A stretch of 64,000 bases of DNA from Chrysomallon squamiferum. Lineage: Eukaryota; Animalia; Mollusca. A model generated the notes under the pieces. It did not search any database. It saw only the letters and a list, made by a program, of their open reading frames with translations, and was not told the origin of the DNA. A program made the position numbers and the translations under genes. The stretch lies in contig CM022669.1 of NCBI GenBank assembly GCA_012295275.1, forward strand, positions 16,058,001-16,122,000, in the 5' to 3' direction. Shown piece by piece: positions 15,568 through 61,265 of the stretch (positions are counted from its first letter, which is position 1; every line of letters begins with the position of its first letter).

Positions 15568-16591
15568 TGTTTCCTGAGCAGCTCTAACAAGAAATAATGA
15601 ATAATGATGATGATTATGACGATATATAAATAAACAAATAAAATAAACTAGCAAAACAAATTGAATTTGTATACAATTACATATGAAGTTATATCAGATA
15701 TATTTATGGGTAATAATCTCAGATCTTTTACATCGTTTACTGGGAGGAAATATTCTGAAAGAATATCAATGGAAATATAAATATTTGATTTCACATAGTA
15801 ATGTTTCGTATATGATGCTTCCAAATATTTTCCCATTTTATTCATTTGCATATAACAAACAGGTATTTATTTATGCATCTTATTTGTGGAATAATCAAAA
15901 AGAAAACTGAATTATTTATGCTAATAAAACATATTTTAGTATGGATTTGCTGTTAGGCAGTATAACAAAATATGGTTTTGATTATCACTGCAAGCTTTCA
16001 GGCCCCGTTCTTCACTCGTCTTTCATAGCTGGTAACGAGGCCTCACGAAAACAAACTGACAGGACCCTAGCTTTCAGTTTAGTCAGCCTGTTGAATAATA
16101 GTCCTATTATTGCCTTATATTTTAAGTTAAGAAAACCATATTTTAAATAATTTATTATTGATCAGTTTATTATTAATTGTTGTTATATCCAACCCGTGCA
16201 GCACTGTTTTTGCGCCCCACTCTAGGCCAGCTTCAAGCATAAAGCCCCCCAAATTGCCAACATCGATTTAAAAATAATAATAATAAAAACAATAATGATA
16301 TTTAAAAAAAAAAAAAAAAAATTATTTTTTTATTTATTTATTTTTTATTTTTTGTAGAAGAAAAGAAAAATAATAATAAATAATAAAAAGCAGAAAACTC
16401 AAAACTGATAAAAGAAATAAAAAAGGAACATAAGATGCCCCAACTACCAAATTAAAGGAATCGTTATCATTAATATGGTAGTGGTTCTGATACCTCATGA
16501 GTTGGGTCAAATGAACTTCCACTTAAAACAATAATTTGTATATAACTGTTTCCCTTATAAGTTAGTAAAGCATTGCTTTGAGTTCTCAGCC

Positions 16592-16628
<37 letters not shown>

Positions 16629-16689
16629 GCTACCATTATGTGATTAACACTTATAGTAATTTCTTAACTCCCGCTCATGGTCACATGAG

Positions 16690-16825
16690 TGTCTGCGCAC
16701 GCCACGCTACAGGAACCGGTCGCAAACGGAAAGAGTCGTTTCTCTCCTTTTTTTTTCCTCAATGTGAACAAAAGAACACACTTAATTTTACATTGAATTA
16801 TTTTCTGCCTTATTTGCCTTACTGG
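16690..16825 (+). promoter_or_regulatory. ZFR: Probable ZFR promoter and non-coding first exon
   Basis: Locally GC/CpG-rich patch (TGCGCACGC, ACCGGT, AACGGAA), then a pyrimidine stretch and a donor TGG|GTATGT at 16825/16826. An alternative donor AGA|GTGAGT lies at 16950/16951. Acceptor TTTTCAG at 17894 precedes the ATG exon. TSS position is inferred. Confidence 0.55.
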
Positions 16826-17147
16826 GTATGTACGGATTGTCGTCTTTATATATGTTTAATAATTATATTTTCAGTTAACTATCGCAAACTATTTTCAGTA
16901 CAAACAGATAAGTACGTTTTACAACCACTTCAAGTTGCGATTCAACCAGAGTGAGTCGCAGTCGAGTCGGTTATCAAAATATTTGTGCATAAATAATTAA
17001 CACAAATTGCGCTAAGCATAGTTATTATGTATGTATTCAGATGTATGGGATATGATATAATGTATAAGTTAGTTTATATATAATGTTATAATTCGATACA
17101 GCATTTTGCATAAATGTAAAACAGTTCGAGTTTCCAGACAATATTAA

Positions 17148-17172
17148 TCATGGCCGACAACAAATGACGTCA
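17148..17172 (+). promoter_or_regulatory. YY1-like ATGGCCG and perfect CRE palindrome TGACGTCA in ZFR intron 1
   Basis: ATGGCCGAC at ~17150 and TGACGTCA at 17165-17172, within ~450 nt of the presumed TSS. Motif match only. Confidence 0.35.
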
Positions 17173-17911
17173 CGGTGTGCTGCTCCGTACACACATATAG
17201 CAAACGACTTTTTGTTTCTGCACGATTGTTTTGCATACCATACATTAAGTTAGATATAATAACTTACTGGCAATGGATTTCTAATAATCTCGTTTCATAA
17301 CCAAAGAATTTACTACGATTGTAAACTAAATGTTTAACAATAATAAATGGGGAATTTCCCCAAGCCCATGAAACAAGCCTCAAGTTCAAGGGGAAGTAAT
17401 TAATATTTATAGCAATATTTTATTGAAACAGTTGTATTACCAACAAATAGTTACAGTGTCAGCCTCCTATTATCACATTTGATAACTGCCAGTTTTGAAT
17501 TGTTAAATCTGTTCTGTTGTTGACTATAAACAGTAGAAATACAGTTTGAAATTCAGACTGAAAACTTGGGTCTGTCAGAAACAAAATAGAAATTGAAGTC
17601 AATAATTATGAGCAACTTCTGATTGAAGCCATATTCCTTTTCCTTTTTTCCTTATAGAGTTTATAAAATAATAGCAATAATAAAGAAACAAAATACAAAA
17701 TTGGAATACATAGTATTTTCACGATTTGTGTGTGTCAGTGTGTGAATGTGTGAAGTATCCCATTCATGATTATTATATAAAAATTAAAATCTTGAGTCAG
17801 GTAGATTGTTGCATTATGCTGTTTACAGTTTTGTTTGTAATTTATTTATTTATTTTATTTTATTGCTTACTGTTATTTAATTATTTGTTTTCAGCAAACT
17901 GACATACATTC

Positions 17912-32208
<14,297 letters not shown>

Positions 32209-33098
32209 AAAAAGAAGTCTGTCTGGAGTAAATGTGGACATTTTATTTTTAATTATTTTTTTTTTAAATATTTTATATTTTGTAGTTTGTGTGCACTGGA
32301 AATGTTGTACTGAATGATGAAACATTTTGCATGAACAGTTGTAGGTTTATAACTCAAAAATATCTGTGTTCATGTGACACTTAACATTATTTTAAGAAAA
32401 AAAGAAAGATAAAAGGCATTTCATTTTTTATTTATTACTTGTAAAATTTATATTGTATTTATTTTTTCAATCACAGGAAAGAAAAGTAAACAAAACTAGT
32501 CTTCATCAAAGTGGTGTTTCAATTAAAAGAGATCTATATCAGAATTTATGGATATCATTAGTGACCATTTTATCATTAGAAATATTTTCTTTCTTTCTTA
32601 ATACAGATAATATCATTTCTTAGTCATTTTAGCATTTTCATTTTCATAATTATTTTTTATTGAAAAATAAGCATCATTCTTTTCCATTGTTCAGCACAGA
32701 CATGTTCTTTATTTATTGTTTTCCTTTTTCTTTTTCTTTTTAAAATATTGATCCCTTTCTCACGTGTACTTTTTTATTATTATTTTATGATTTATTTTCA
32801 CCGACAAAGATTTGTCAGTCACTGTAATGTGTTAATATTTTTGTTTCCCACGGAAGAAAACAGTTTCCTTGGTGATGATATTCACTGACAATAATGCGAA
32901 TTAGTTTAATACATTTTGCTGTTCATCCATTTCTAAGCAGAGAAGAAACATACACACTGCTTTTGGTTTTGAATTGGTATCCTGTCATAACATCACATTT
33001 ATTTTTCTCTAGATTTTCTTAATATACACTACTTTGAAAATGGAAGCAGCTTTCCTTTTAAAATTTACATTCTAGTTCATTTATTCGAGAGAGAGAGA

Positions 33099-33161
<63 letters not shown>

Positions 33162-33449
33162 TAATTCATTCAGATATTTGAGTTTAAATTGTGACAGGTT
33201 TTAAGTGACCTTTGTTTGATTTAAGTCCCCCAATAACTAGATTCTTGAAAACAAATTTTTTTGTTTGTTTTTGAGTGGTAGCACTTCAGAACAATACAGC
33301 ACTTATGATCACTAACATGACAAAAAGAAAACAGAGAAAATATTTTTTCTAATTAATATTTCATGCTTATTGTTTAGCAGATTGTGAGGTGTCGACAATA
33401 TATTGATTTGTCAAAAATTTGTCATTATGTTGTTCGCTTTTTATATTAG

Positions 33450-33455
33450 AATAAA
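33450..33455 (+). terminator. Likely ZFR polyadenylation signal (3' UTR ~1.25 kb)
   Basis: AATAAA followed ~20-45 nt later by a U/GU-rich tract (TTTGTTTATTTGTTATTGTCTGTGT). Confidence 0.55.
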
Positions 33456-33771
33456 AACTTTAAAAAATTATATTTGTTTATTTGTTATTGTCTGTGTAGT
33501 GATGTTTTACAACTGTTTTCTCATTTGTCGCATCACTGGATATTAAGAACAGAGGAGTAGTTCAGATACTATGTATTCACTTTAGAAACAACATAACCTA
33601 GGTTAAACCATTAAAAATGCTTTCCTTTGCAATCAGTGGCCCATTGATGGTTTATCAAGGTCTTGGGAATAGATAAGCTTTCAGCTTAATAGGAAAGTCA
33701 GTATAAAGCATGTTTTGTTGCTAACCAAAAAGAAATTCATAGTATGGCTAAAGCAGGTTTATTTATATATT

Positions 33772-33803
<32 letters not shown>

Positions 33804-34697
33804 CATCATTATTTTTATTATTATTATTATTAGAGACTTTTATTTTTCCATTAGCGTTATTATTCATACATTCATTTGATGGTTACTGTTAATGTATGCA
33901 TGACTTTTGGTATGACCTTAACATATTAATGACAATTTATATAATTTCAAATGAAAAAGGATGTTTAAATAAGTGGCTTAGGGAATAGATGAGTCAAATG
34001 TGTATGTGTGCAAAAATACATCCTTGATGGCAACTGCATATTCTGTATAACAAAATGTTTTATTCAGAATCTAAATGAAAGGTGATGCAAATGTGCAATA
34101 AAATCTGAAATCAGTTTGTATTTTATATTTTATTTTAAACGTATCACAACAGTTAAATTAAGGCTGAATGTCAAACTTAGGTTCTAGTCTTCTGGTGTTA
34201 ATGAACCCTTTGGAACCGTAAGTATTGTAAATAATTACTGCAAAACAAGGCACATGTTTTAATTCCAGGTTAATGTCATCAAATTCGTAGACAGTACTTG
34301 ATATAATAACCATAAAACAAAATTCTGTATGCAAAATATGATATAATTTGAAAGTCAACAGATTTAATGAATGTAGCTTGAAATTCAGTGTACAAAATGG
34401 ACGCGATTTTAAATTTAGTATACTTAAACGTCTTAACAGTTTCTCGTACAGCATGGTCACAACTGGAAATCCAAAATTAACTTGAAATAAAGCTTTCACG
34501 ATAGACGTAACGAACTAAACAGTCAAGATGGACATATTCTATTACATAACATTCACACTGGACGTAACTTAAAATCTTACATTCAAAATTGCACGTAGTT
34601 TGAAATAAAACTCGCGATAAACGTAACGAAATTAAACATCATAGAGGACGTAATTTCTGCTATAAATGCTCTGTAATCTTTTTCATTTTCCTTTGTA

Positions 34698-34728
<31 letters not shown>

Positions 34729-34747
34729 TTTCCAGCTCCGTCATCGA

Positions 34748-51666
<16,919 letters not shown>

Positions 51667-52374
51667 TGCAACTCTAACGTCGTTTAACCACAGAAATCTC
51701 TGAACATTGCTGTTGATAAAGATATTGTTATTGCTGTAGTTGTGGTTATTGTTATTGCTGTTGTCGTTATCCAAAACAGAAACGATCCATGAATATTTAC
51801 GTGTCTTTTGTTCCACACACACAAAAAAACAAAACAAAAAGAACAACAACTCACTCTGCACTTTCAACTATTATCCATCAATCTAACAAATATTATAACG
51901 TCATCAAAGATCTTACCAGTTGTTTTTGTTTTCTCTCTTATCACAGAATCATCAAAACAAAATGGCAGTTGCTCACCAGGTGCCACAATCAACAGGTAAA
52001 AACGTCACAGAAAAATGATCCGCTCAGACCCAAGCCAGCATTCCAGGTTTTCTTTTCTCTGTTTTTTTTTTTTTTTTTTTCCTTTTAACTAAAAATCAAC
52101 GACAAGATACGCCAGTCTTTTCAGAACTTCGAAAAACCACAACATCCCGTAACTTCGCGAACTTCCTAAGTTTGTCCAGGTGTTCTTCCAACGGCGTGTT
52201 CCATCTATGCCAGGAAGTGGTGCAACCTGGGCCAAACAGTTTCTAAAGAAGAAGAAAAAAAAAAAAAGATTCTCTACGATGATGAGTAGAAGCTGAATTC
52301 TTATCTACCATCTATCTACCTCTTGTGGCTTTTGAAATTACAGTGCGCGGGTTCTTCGGAATCACAAGAGTAAA

Positions 52375-52420
52375 GCTGAGTGAAGAATCGCCAGGGGTCT
52401 GAGGAATATATATATACATA
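52375..52420 (-). promoter_or_regulatory. Possible TATA/initiator core promoter of the RASL12-like gene
   Basis: TATATA tract at ~52406-52416 with Inr-like TCACTC/TCAGCT ~30 nt downstream on the minus strand, in a GC-richer island ~700 nt upstream of the ATG. Confidence 0.3.
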
Positions 52421-52778
52421 CAACACACAAACAGACCAGTTACTGGCTTCGGCTCAGCCTGCAGACCGCAAGTTATCAGCGTGAATGAAACGTTTCCACT
52501 CTCTGCTCACTGTGTTTATTTATAGACCGCTGCAGATAGGCGCATCCCGACACGTCACAGTACACACACTACACTCACACACACACACGTGTGCGTATTA
52601 TCTTCCGTTCACTGCAGATGAGCACTCCTTTGAGGCCAAAAGTATTTCTGTTAATTTGTTTTTGTCCCGTGTGTTTAATTTTAGACCTATACAGTTAAAT
52701 GAATACTTATTTTATAAAGACAAAGAGCTGAAAATAAAGGTCGCTGTTGTATGAATCATTTATCATTTAAAACAAAGG

Positions 52779-52862
<84 letters not shown>

Positions 52863-54287
52863 TTAGTAAAAACACGTGCTGATGGATAAAGGGAAGTAAT
52901 GTTTATTTATTTATCTATGGACCGTAGCTAACAGTTCACTGGCTCGTTATTAGTCATTTATATGTTATTACAAATGCTGTATGGGTTATGTTATGTTACG
53001 TTATGAATGTACGTACGTATGTATGTGCATGTATCTATTATTTGTGTATATGCATATTATTTATTTGTGTATATGCATATTAATATATGTATAAACAGAG
53101 AGAGAGAGAGAGACAGAGAGCTAGATAGATATGGATATAACATCACATATATATGTAATAGTATTAAATATTATACACGAAAGCGCAGTCTATATTTGCC
53201 TGTACATATTTATACACATTTTATTATATCTAGTGTTTCTGTTTTATTATTTTATTATATTTGCTCGTGTTTCTGTGCGCGTTTATGCGTTTCGTTTTTT
53301 TTTTTTTTTTTTTTTATTGTGCACGACTGATCGTTTAAGATATTTCTTTGCGAAAGTGCATTGGTTACAAAACACGGTTTTATAAGACACATTTTCACAC
53401 TCCTAACGGCTTTCGAATTAGTGGGGGCGGTGTAAACATTCCTGTGACTTACTTACATCAGCAGTGCCACAATGTGACGTGTGTAATGTTTTGTAATTAA
53501 CATGTGCGTAGTCAATGTGAGCGCCATTACGTCCAGGAAATACTAATCTGTTGCCAACTTTATCGAGGAGCAAACTATGGCTGGTAAGCTGTAAAATATA
53601 AAAACAAATAAAACGAAGATGAATAAGTAGTAGCAACAGTTGTGTGGTGTGCGTGTGTGTGTGTATGTGTGTGTGCACTTCTTTTTGTTTTATATGCATG
53701 CGCATATGTTTATGCATATTATGTATATTATATAATATATGATACAGTATATATGTGTATGCGTATGTGAGTGTGAATGTGTGTGTGTGCGCGCGTGTGT
53801 GTGTATATATATATATACTTATTTATTTATTTTAATAAGCCTTATTCTTCAGTTCATCCAACAATCATGTGTTCATTACAATCTCTATTACAAATAAAAC
53901 GTGAGTATTTTATCTGAAATTATTGCAAAAAAAAAAAAAAAAAAAAAAAAACATATTTAAAAAAACAAATTAAAAACTCCACAACAAATACCACCCTGTA
54001 CTTCCTACCTTGTCACTAATACAATTATTTATCGCTTCCAGATTTTCTATCAAAGGAACTTTTCGGATTAAGTTTAAGCTTTTAGTTTGGAAGAAATAAA
54101 TCTAGACTTAAGAGTTTGGTATCAAGCTAATTATGGTTTATATAGGAAAGTAGCATAACGAGATTTTGACGAGATGAAACGTTATGGTTTAGACTATAAA
54201 ATTCAATCATGCTTCAGAGCGAGAACATCTGTGTAGATTAATTTAAGTACAGGATATATAATATGATAGAAACCATCGTTATCAGTT

Positions 54288-54469
<182 letters not shown>

Positions 54470-55253
54470 ATATATGTGAATTTATGCTTGTGTATGAACA
54501 AATATATGATATAAAAGGATCGACATAAAATATTAACGAAAAAAATACGAGGAAAATACGTTTTAGAAGAGCACGTGCCACTGATTGATGTCCTGTACAA
54601 TTTAATTACACTGAATTAATGTTGCATGTCGAAAATGAATTAACAGAAAAATAAATAAATAATAAGTGAAAATAAATAAATAAATAATACATAAATAAAT
54701 AAATAAGTGAAAATAAATAAAAGAAAAGAAAATAACAGAGATGAATGAGATGAAAATAGAATAAATATGAATTTAGATATTATAGCGAAATAAATATACA
54801 GAAGAACAACAATACAAATATATATCGAAGATTTTTAATGATAAATAGACCTATATGTCTTTTTCTTATTTTTAATTTTTTTTTTTTTTTTTTTTTTATT
54901 TTTTTATTTTTTATTTTTTTTAGAAAAAAAAGTTTATGCACATGCAATTTAAAATTATTTTTGTTTAATGAGTGGATAAGTAAATTCTTCTTGTCATGAT
55001 GTTAGTAGTTAATATTTCTAAAACAGTATTTAAACACGATTATTGACTATTGCTATTCAATTTGACGAGTATTCTTTTAAGTACTACATCAGTTAATAAG
55101 AACTGTAAATAATTATTTCAACAGAAGGATAATCATAATTTGCTACGTTAGTCTTTCTTTTAGCGACTTTCAGCATTTCAGTTCTGACAATGTTACCACG
55201 AAATGAATTTACAAAGTCAATGGCGCTCACTTCTTAAACAAAATGTAAAAGAA

Positions 55254-55333
<80 letters not shown>

Positions 55334-55779
55334 TCATGAAATACTGAAAGAAATTTAAACAGTTGTAATAGGCACTAACTCCTTCAGAATATAAGTATGA
55401 CAGAATTATTTCCCTTGAAATAACTCGTTTCCTTTTTCTTCTCTTTATTTTATTATTTTTTATTTATTTATTTTTTTTTTTTATTATTATATTTTTTTTT
55501 CTGTTAAAGTTTATGCCTGCTTTGTCTAAATAAAATCCGTGTTTTAAAACTGAATTTAAAAACCTGAGTGTGGTACATCCTTATAGCAGAAAAAGCCTTA
55601 TTCGAATGATGCACGTATACTAATGACGTATTATGTAGCATTTTTTTTTAGGATTTGATATTTCTGTCTCGTTCTTACTGAAAATACTATTTTGTTTAAC
55701 AGTAAAATCTACTAAATTATTTGCCTAAAAGTAACTGCCTGCACTAAGTAATCAAATTGTTTGCGGAATATTACTACTG

Positions 55780-56260
55780 TTAGATATAGTACAGCTACTA
55801 CTGCTATTGATACTATTGTTACTGCGAATAGTAATAATAATCGTGGTTGTAGTAGTACTAGTAGTAGTGGTAGTAATATTAATAGTAGTAGTACTAGTAG
55901 TAATAGTACTATTATAACTATTATTATTGTTTCTGTTGCAACTACGACTGCTAGTAACATCATCACCACAGCATTTGTGAAATATTTATAATAGCATAGA
56001 TTTGGTTTCAGTTTTTGTTATTACCACAGTTGCTATTGCTACTGCTACTACTGTTATTACTACTGGTAGTTCGTAGTCGTAGTCGTAGTAGTAGTGCTAG
56101 TGTTAGAAGTACTAGTATCAGTAATAATAGTAGTAGTTGTAGTAGAAGTACTGTTACAACTATTAGAAGTACTGTTACAACTATTATTACTACCGTTAAA
56201 GCTACTGAAACTATTATTAATATTGTTACTACTGTTAATTACAATAATGATTATGATGAT
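55780..56260. repeat. Degenerate trinucleotide (TAG/TAC/TAA) low-complexity region
   Basis: Interleaved (TAG)n, (ACT)n and (TAT)n runs. Similar regions at ~47080-47220, 56990-57320 and 59250-59460. Confidence 0.8.
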
Positions 56261-57787
56261 GGTGATCATTATTTTTTTATTTATATATTCATTCATTCAT
56301 TTTTATTTTTGTATTATTTATCTCATTGATTTCTTTCTTTCTTTATTTATTTTTGTGTAGTGACCTAGGTCATTTTAGAACAAACTGTAACGTATGTACG
56401 TATTCCTGACATACACACAGAAAAAAGATAAAGAATAAAAAAATATAAAAAAATATTGAAAACAATGACAAGCTGATGAAATATAGGAATTAATAATGCA
56501 AACCGTTATTTATAGCGTTATTAGAAACCTTTTGCTTTGGAATCGACATCAATGAAAAATGAATACAACAGTTACGTGTTATGCCTCACTGAATGTGAAT
56601 AACTGATTAGAAACCAACTGAGAAATAAAATATCTTGAATCAATATGTTTGAAATACCTAACGGGAACAAAATAAAAAATAAAATTAATATATATCAGTA
56701 TTTTCTGTTTGTATAAATGTGACTCCCTGTAGACAAGAACGTATCGCCATAAATCGATGTTCTGTTTAACAATTGCATTATCCCTATTGGAATGTGCGGC
56801 TTATGTAATACCATAGATACTTAGTCCAGTGCAGATAAGTGAATTTACGACAACAATAAAATGGATAAGAATAAACAGTATATAATATATCTTTAGCAGT
56901 GCTATACATATTTTGTACGAAGCTGTTTAATGTTTTAATCTAACCTTCATGGCATAACAATAGCCATTTATTTATTTATGTGTTATCATCCTACTACAAT
57001 TACTATTACTGCTGCTGCTGCTACTGCTACTATTACTACTACTACTGATAATAATAATAAGACGAAGAAGAAGAAGAAGAAGAAGAAGAAGAAGAAGAAG
57101 AAGAAGAAGAAGAAGAAGATGAAAATAAAGAATAAGAAGAGCAACAACGTTGGAAATATAATTCCTACCACCACCACCACCATTACTACTACAGATACTG
57201 CTATAACATTAATAATATCAACAACAACAACAAAAAGAACAACACAATGTTTTATTGTTGCTGCTTCTTCTTGTCATCATCATCATCAACATCGACACCA
57301 TCACCATCACATCATTATCATCACAATCTTCTTTTGATAGCATATTCACTTAGAATATTACTTCAGCTACCACAGTGACGTGCATTCGGGCACCTTTTCT
57401 ACAACCTAGCTCTAACTTGTGCAGGGTACGAGTTGCAGCTTTGACTAGATCAGTCTACGGGTAACAGGCTTTTTACTTCTTAAAGCTCACAGCTACTAAA
57501 CTTAGAATTTCACTCCTTCTCGGACGCTGCTTTTAAAATAAACTGGGCTCACTTCTGCTGCGCTAATGAAACGAAAGTCAGTGATTGAGTTGTTACAAAT
57601 TTATAACGTAATTTTAATTGGGACATATGCAGTAATTATTTCTAATTCATCTTATAATCTCTTTTTTTTTTTTTAATCACGCGTTAACCTCCCTGTCGAA
57701 GTTAGGATAATAATCAACACATATTATCAATTTGTCTGTAACGAAGACAAATACGTTTTAGAAGTTCACTGACCAGGGGCAGTCGAA

Positions 57788-57843
57788 CGTTCGTGTGTAA
57801 TTAATTACACTGAATTAATGGTGCATGTCGAAAACAAATCAAC
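57788..57843 (+). repeat. Dispersed repeat fragment; further copies at 54601-54644 (+) and ~63262-63291 (-)
   Basis: TAATTACACTGAATTAATG(G/T)TGCATGTCGAAAA is shared by 54603.. and 57802..; GTTCGTGT(G/A)TAATTAATTACAC is shared with the reverse strand at ~63271-63291. Confidence 0.65.
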
Positions 57844-58996
57844 GCGACAGATGTTAATGATGAATCCGTGTCAATGTGATTATGCTGGCTTAATTGTTTA
57901 ACTATAGATTTAAGGTAAACGTTCTGAAGTCGAATGTGAAAAATACCGATCATGAAAAGTTGTTAACATTCTGAGAGGTGCTCGAATCTGAAATAACAAA
58001 CACACGACCCAGCTAGAAGAGATGCTGCCTAAAGTGGCGGATTATGATGTAATTATTTAGAACAAAATTAATGAAATATTTCTAAGTTAGATACGGGGGA
58101 CAAACAAACCATAAGACATCGTATGGATAAAACTCGTCGAAAATCTGGTTATCACATTATTTTAAATTGAAGGTCGAGTACTCCAGATTGTTTGTAAAAA
58201 TGAATGGAGAAGTTATATTATTAGCATGCTCAGCTCACTTAATATTAAAATAAAATATCAATACTGTTCATTTCGTTTATTGTGCAGGTTACAGGTTCAA
58301 TCATTTATCCCAAAATTAAAATAACTGAGAGAGACTAGTAGTATTTAATTATGCAGGTCAAAACATTTTAAGAACTTTCTGTGAACATAACCATACAAAC
58401 AATGAAGTAATAAATTTAATTCTGCCAAGAGATTGGTTACATCTTTTCAGTGAGCAGTAACACATACGTATGCTTGATATGTGTATTAAACGACACAAGA
58501 ACATATAAATCAGGGCCATTGTCAAACACGGGGCTTTAAGAAACAACAAAATTACCTGTTCGTGTTACCCGAAACGCCTCAGTTGTAAACACTCAACATA
58601 AGTACAGTCCGTTCTAAAACTGAAATAATTGTTCTCCCGACCAGTTCAAAAGTAGACTAAAACGCTAAATCATTGTACAAGATATGAAACCTCTTCCGTA
58701 ATATAATACACGGCAGAGTTAAAGGACCAGCTGAAAACCATACCTAAGAAGATTTGTTTTTAATTTTTTAAATTTTTTTTTTTATCATCATCAACATCTT
58801 AACGAGGATTATTGTGCATAGATAGTTCAAGTTTCTGAACGTTGTCTTTTACATTATCAGTAATACCTTGACTGCTTTCATTCAACTGAACATCAGTGTT
58901 TTGAAAATAATTTCAAAGGTACTACATTTGTTTTTTCTATCTTTTTTTTTTTTTTTTTAAATAAACCAGTTGTTGATGTTCTTCCGTTACTGAAGG

Positions 58997-59033
<37 letters not shown>

Positions 59034-59060
59034 TAAAAAAAAAAAAAAAAATTACTTTTG

Positions 59061-59093
<33 letters not shown>

Positions 59094-59657
59094 TTTTTTT
59101 TTTTTTTTTTTTTTTTTATTTTTTTTTTAAATAAACGAAAACGACAACAAACAACAAATGTCCCCGAACATAAATAACCGGTGAATCGAAACTGCGGTGA
59201 ATAGTAAGAGCAGCTGTAGAATGAACAGAAGCAGAAACGATTGCTACATTACAAGTAATGGTAGCAGTAGTACTAACAGAAGTATTAGCAGTAGTATTAG
59301 CAGAACTATATCGTAACAGTAGGAATAGTTGTAATAGTAGCATTAGCTGTCGTTGTAGCAAATGTAGTAGTTATTATAGTACAGTATAGTAATAGTAGTA
59401 GTGGTAGCAATAGTACTAGTAGTAGTAGTAGAAGCAGCAGCAGCAATAGCAGTAACAGTAGTCACAGCAAAAAGAGGTATAATAGGAAAAAGAAGAAAAG
59501 TATATTTTAAGAGTGTGCTTTATATTCTATGCTTTTATTATTACTTAAGAGAATAATTTTGTTGTTATGGTTTTTTTTGTTTACGACCACTACAACATAT
59601 TGTGCATGATATGCAGAATAAAACTTGACTACCACTTCGTTTCATCGAAGATAAACT

Positions 59658-60788
59658 TCAACTGAACTTCTTTGGACTATGACATGTATTCTCGTGCCAC
59701 CATCTATACACATTTTCATACGTTTTAGCATGTTTATCAACATCGAACAGTCTTTTGCAGAGTTCACAAGCGCCCACATTCTGCCTTCCAAAAGTGTAGT
59801 GATTTTTCCACTTAAAATATTCGACATACGCCGTGTTGTTTTTGTCCAGGTAAAGAAGATATTCGCCAAGTTCGTTTGGACTCTTAAAATCCGCCGTGTT
59901 GATGTGCGACTTCGGTGGCAAAATTTTAGAATACTTCGCACCACCTCTCACCACAGGAACGATGTTCTCTCGCATGAAGTCGAATAATTTTTCACTGACG
60001 TAGTCGTGACACAGAGTGTTTTCGAATGATAAGTAAAACTTGTACTGTCTAGAAATCCACCTTATGCAGTCATTACGTTCTTTCCCAACACACGTCAGAT
60101 TACCGCATGTTCCAAATATGTCGACAGAAATTGTCTTTCGAAGTTGCTGGACGTAACTGAACCGACGGCTGGGGGTACTGCAGTGACTGACCAACCAAGC
60201 CACAGGTTTAGATTTGTTCAGTGTTGTTAAAGGAAAAACTAAATTTTCACGTTTCTTCCTCTTAACGATACTTCCGTACGGATAATGAATATCAGAATCG
60301 TGTCTGTATGTCATAGTCCAGTTTATCATATTTTTCCATTTCTTTGTGACGAAGGTGAAATCTGAAGAATAAGGCGGAGGCTCCATGTTAAAATAAACCC
60401 AAATCTGGCCCGGGGATCGGGCAGGTAAAAATATGTCTGCGTAGCTTGCTGCATAAAATATGACGGCTTCAAAACTAGTTAAGTTCTTGCTAGATCTCTG
60501 AAGTGTGCACTTTGCTGGACAGGAATCGAGTTCCTTCTTTGCTTGTACAAACCAAGGCCATCTTGGACAGTTTTTGATTAATATTGATTTGTTCAAAATG
60601 GTTCTATTGTTCTTGTAACTAAGATGGCCTTCTGTTATTCTGTTAAGAGTAAACGTAAAATAATTCGTAAATTTTACATCCACAAACCTGGCAGAATGCG
60701 GCCGTTTAGTTTCGATGTACTGCAACACCAAGTAAATATACGAGACGGAGGAAATAGCCAGCATTGTAAATGTTGATTTAGGATACAT
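59658..60788 (-). CDS. Alpha-(1,3)-fucosyltransferase (glycosyltransferase family 10), type II membrane protein, 376 aa, single coding exon
   Basis: Uninterrupted ORF with an N-terminal hydrophobic anchor, QIWVYFNMEPP, NWTMTYRHDSDIHYPYG, VAWLVSHC, VDIFGTCG, the alpha-1,3-FucT motif YKFYLSFENTLCHDYVSEKL, VPVVRGGAKY and YVEYFKWK. Confidence 0.95.
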   Translation of the reverse strand: MYPKSTFTMLAISSVSYIYLVLQYIETKRPHSARFVDVKFTNYFTFTLNRITEGHLSYKNNRTILNKSILIKNCPRWPWFVQAKKELDSCPAKCTLQRSSKNLTSFEAVIFYAASYADIFLPARSPGQIWVYFNMEPPPYSSDFTFVTKKWKNMINWTMTYRHDSDIHYPYGSIVKRKKRENLVFPLTTLNKSKPVAWLVSHCSTPSRRFSYVQQLRKTISVDIFGTCGNLTCVGKERNDCIRWISRQYKFYLSFENTLCHDYVSEKLFDFMRENIVPVVRGGAKYSKILPPKSHINTADFKSPNELGEYLLYLDKNNTAYVEYFKWKNHYTFGRQNVGACELCKRLFDVDKHAKTYENVYRWWHENTCHSPKKFS

Positions 60789-60875
60789 TTTCTTTTCTTT
60801 TCTTTTTTTCTTTTTTGGTTAGATTAGTTCATAATATATCTGTTAAAAAAAAAAAAAATGATAATGATAATGATA

Positions 60876-60908
<33 letters not shown>

Positions 60909-61185
60909 AATAAATAAATAAATAAATATATAAGGGAAAAACAGAGATTATCCTATATTACAGTCTGTTCTCTGACATAATTATGATTTCACACACGCAC
61001 ACACGCGCGTACTCAGACACACACACACACACATGCACTCAGGGACACACATAAACACACACACATAAAACATTCACATCCATGTAGATATATAATTTAT
61101 ATACAAACATTACTAATTATTATTAAAGGGTAAAATGAACTTAAATCCTTCTGTATGTTACATGTCTTGTTACCGTTTTTCTTAC

Positions 61186-61265
61186 CTACGTTTCAAACAT
61201 TTCAAATTTTTATTTTTTATTACTATTCTGAAGAAATCGGCCATTTTGTTTCCGCCATTTGGACC
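61186..61265 (-). promoter_or_regulatory. Probable non-coding first exon/promoter of the fucosyltransferase with two YY1-like sites
   Basis: Minus-strand donor AG|GTAAGA at 61186/61185, acceptor (T)nAACAG at 60840 upstream of the ATG, and tandem AAATGGCGG / AAAATGGCCG motifs at ~61238-61260. Confidence 0.5.

Noticed and set aside
16640-16954. 104-aa ORF over the ZFR promoter
   Set aside because: Splicing from 16825 to 17895 puts it out of frame with ZFR, its ATG is probably upstream of the TSS, and it has no recognisable homology.
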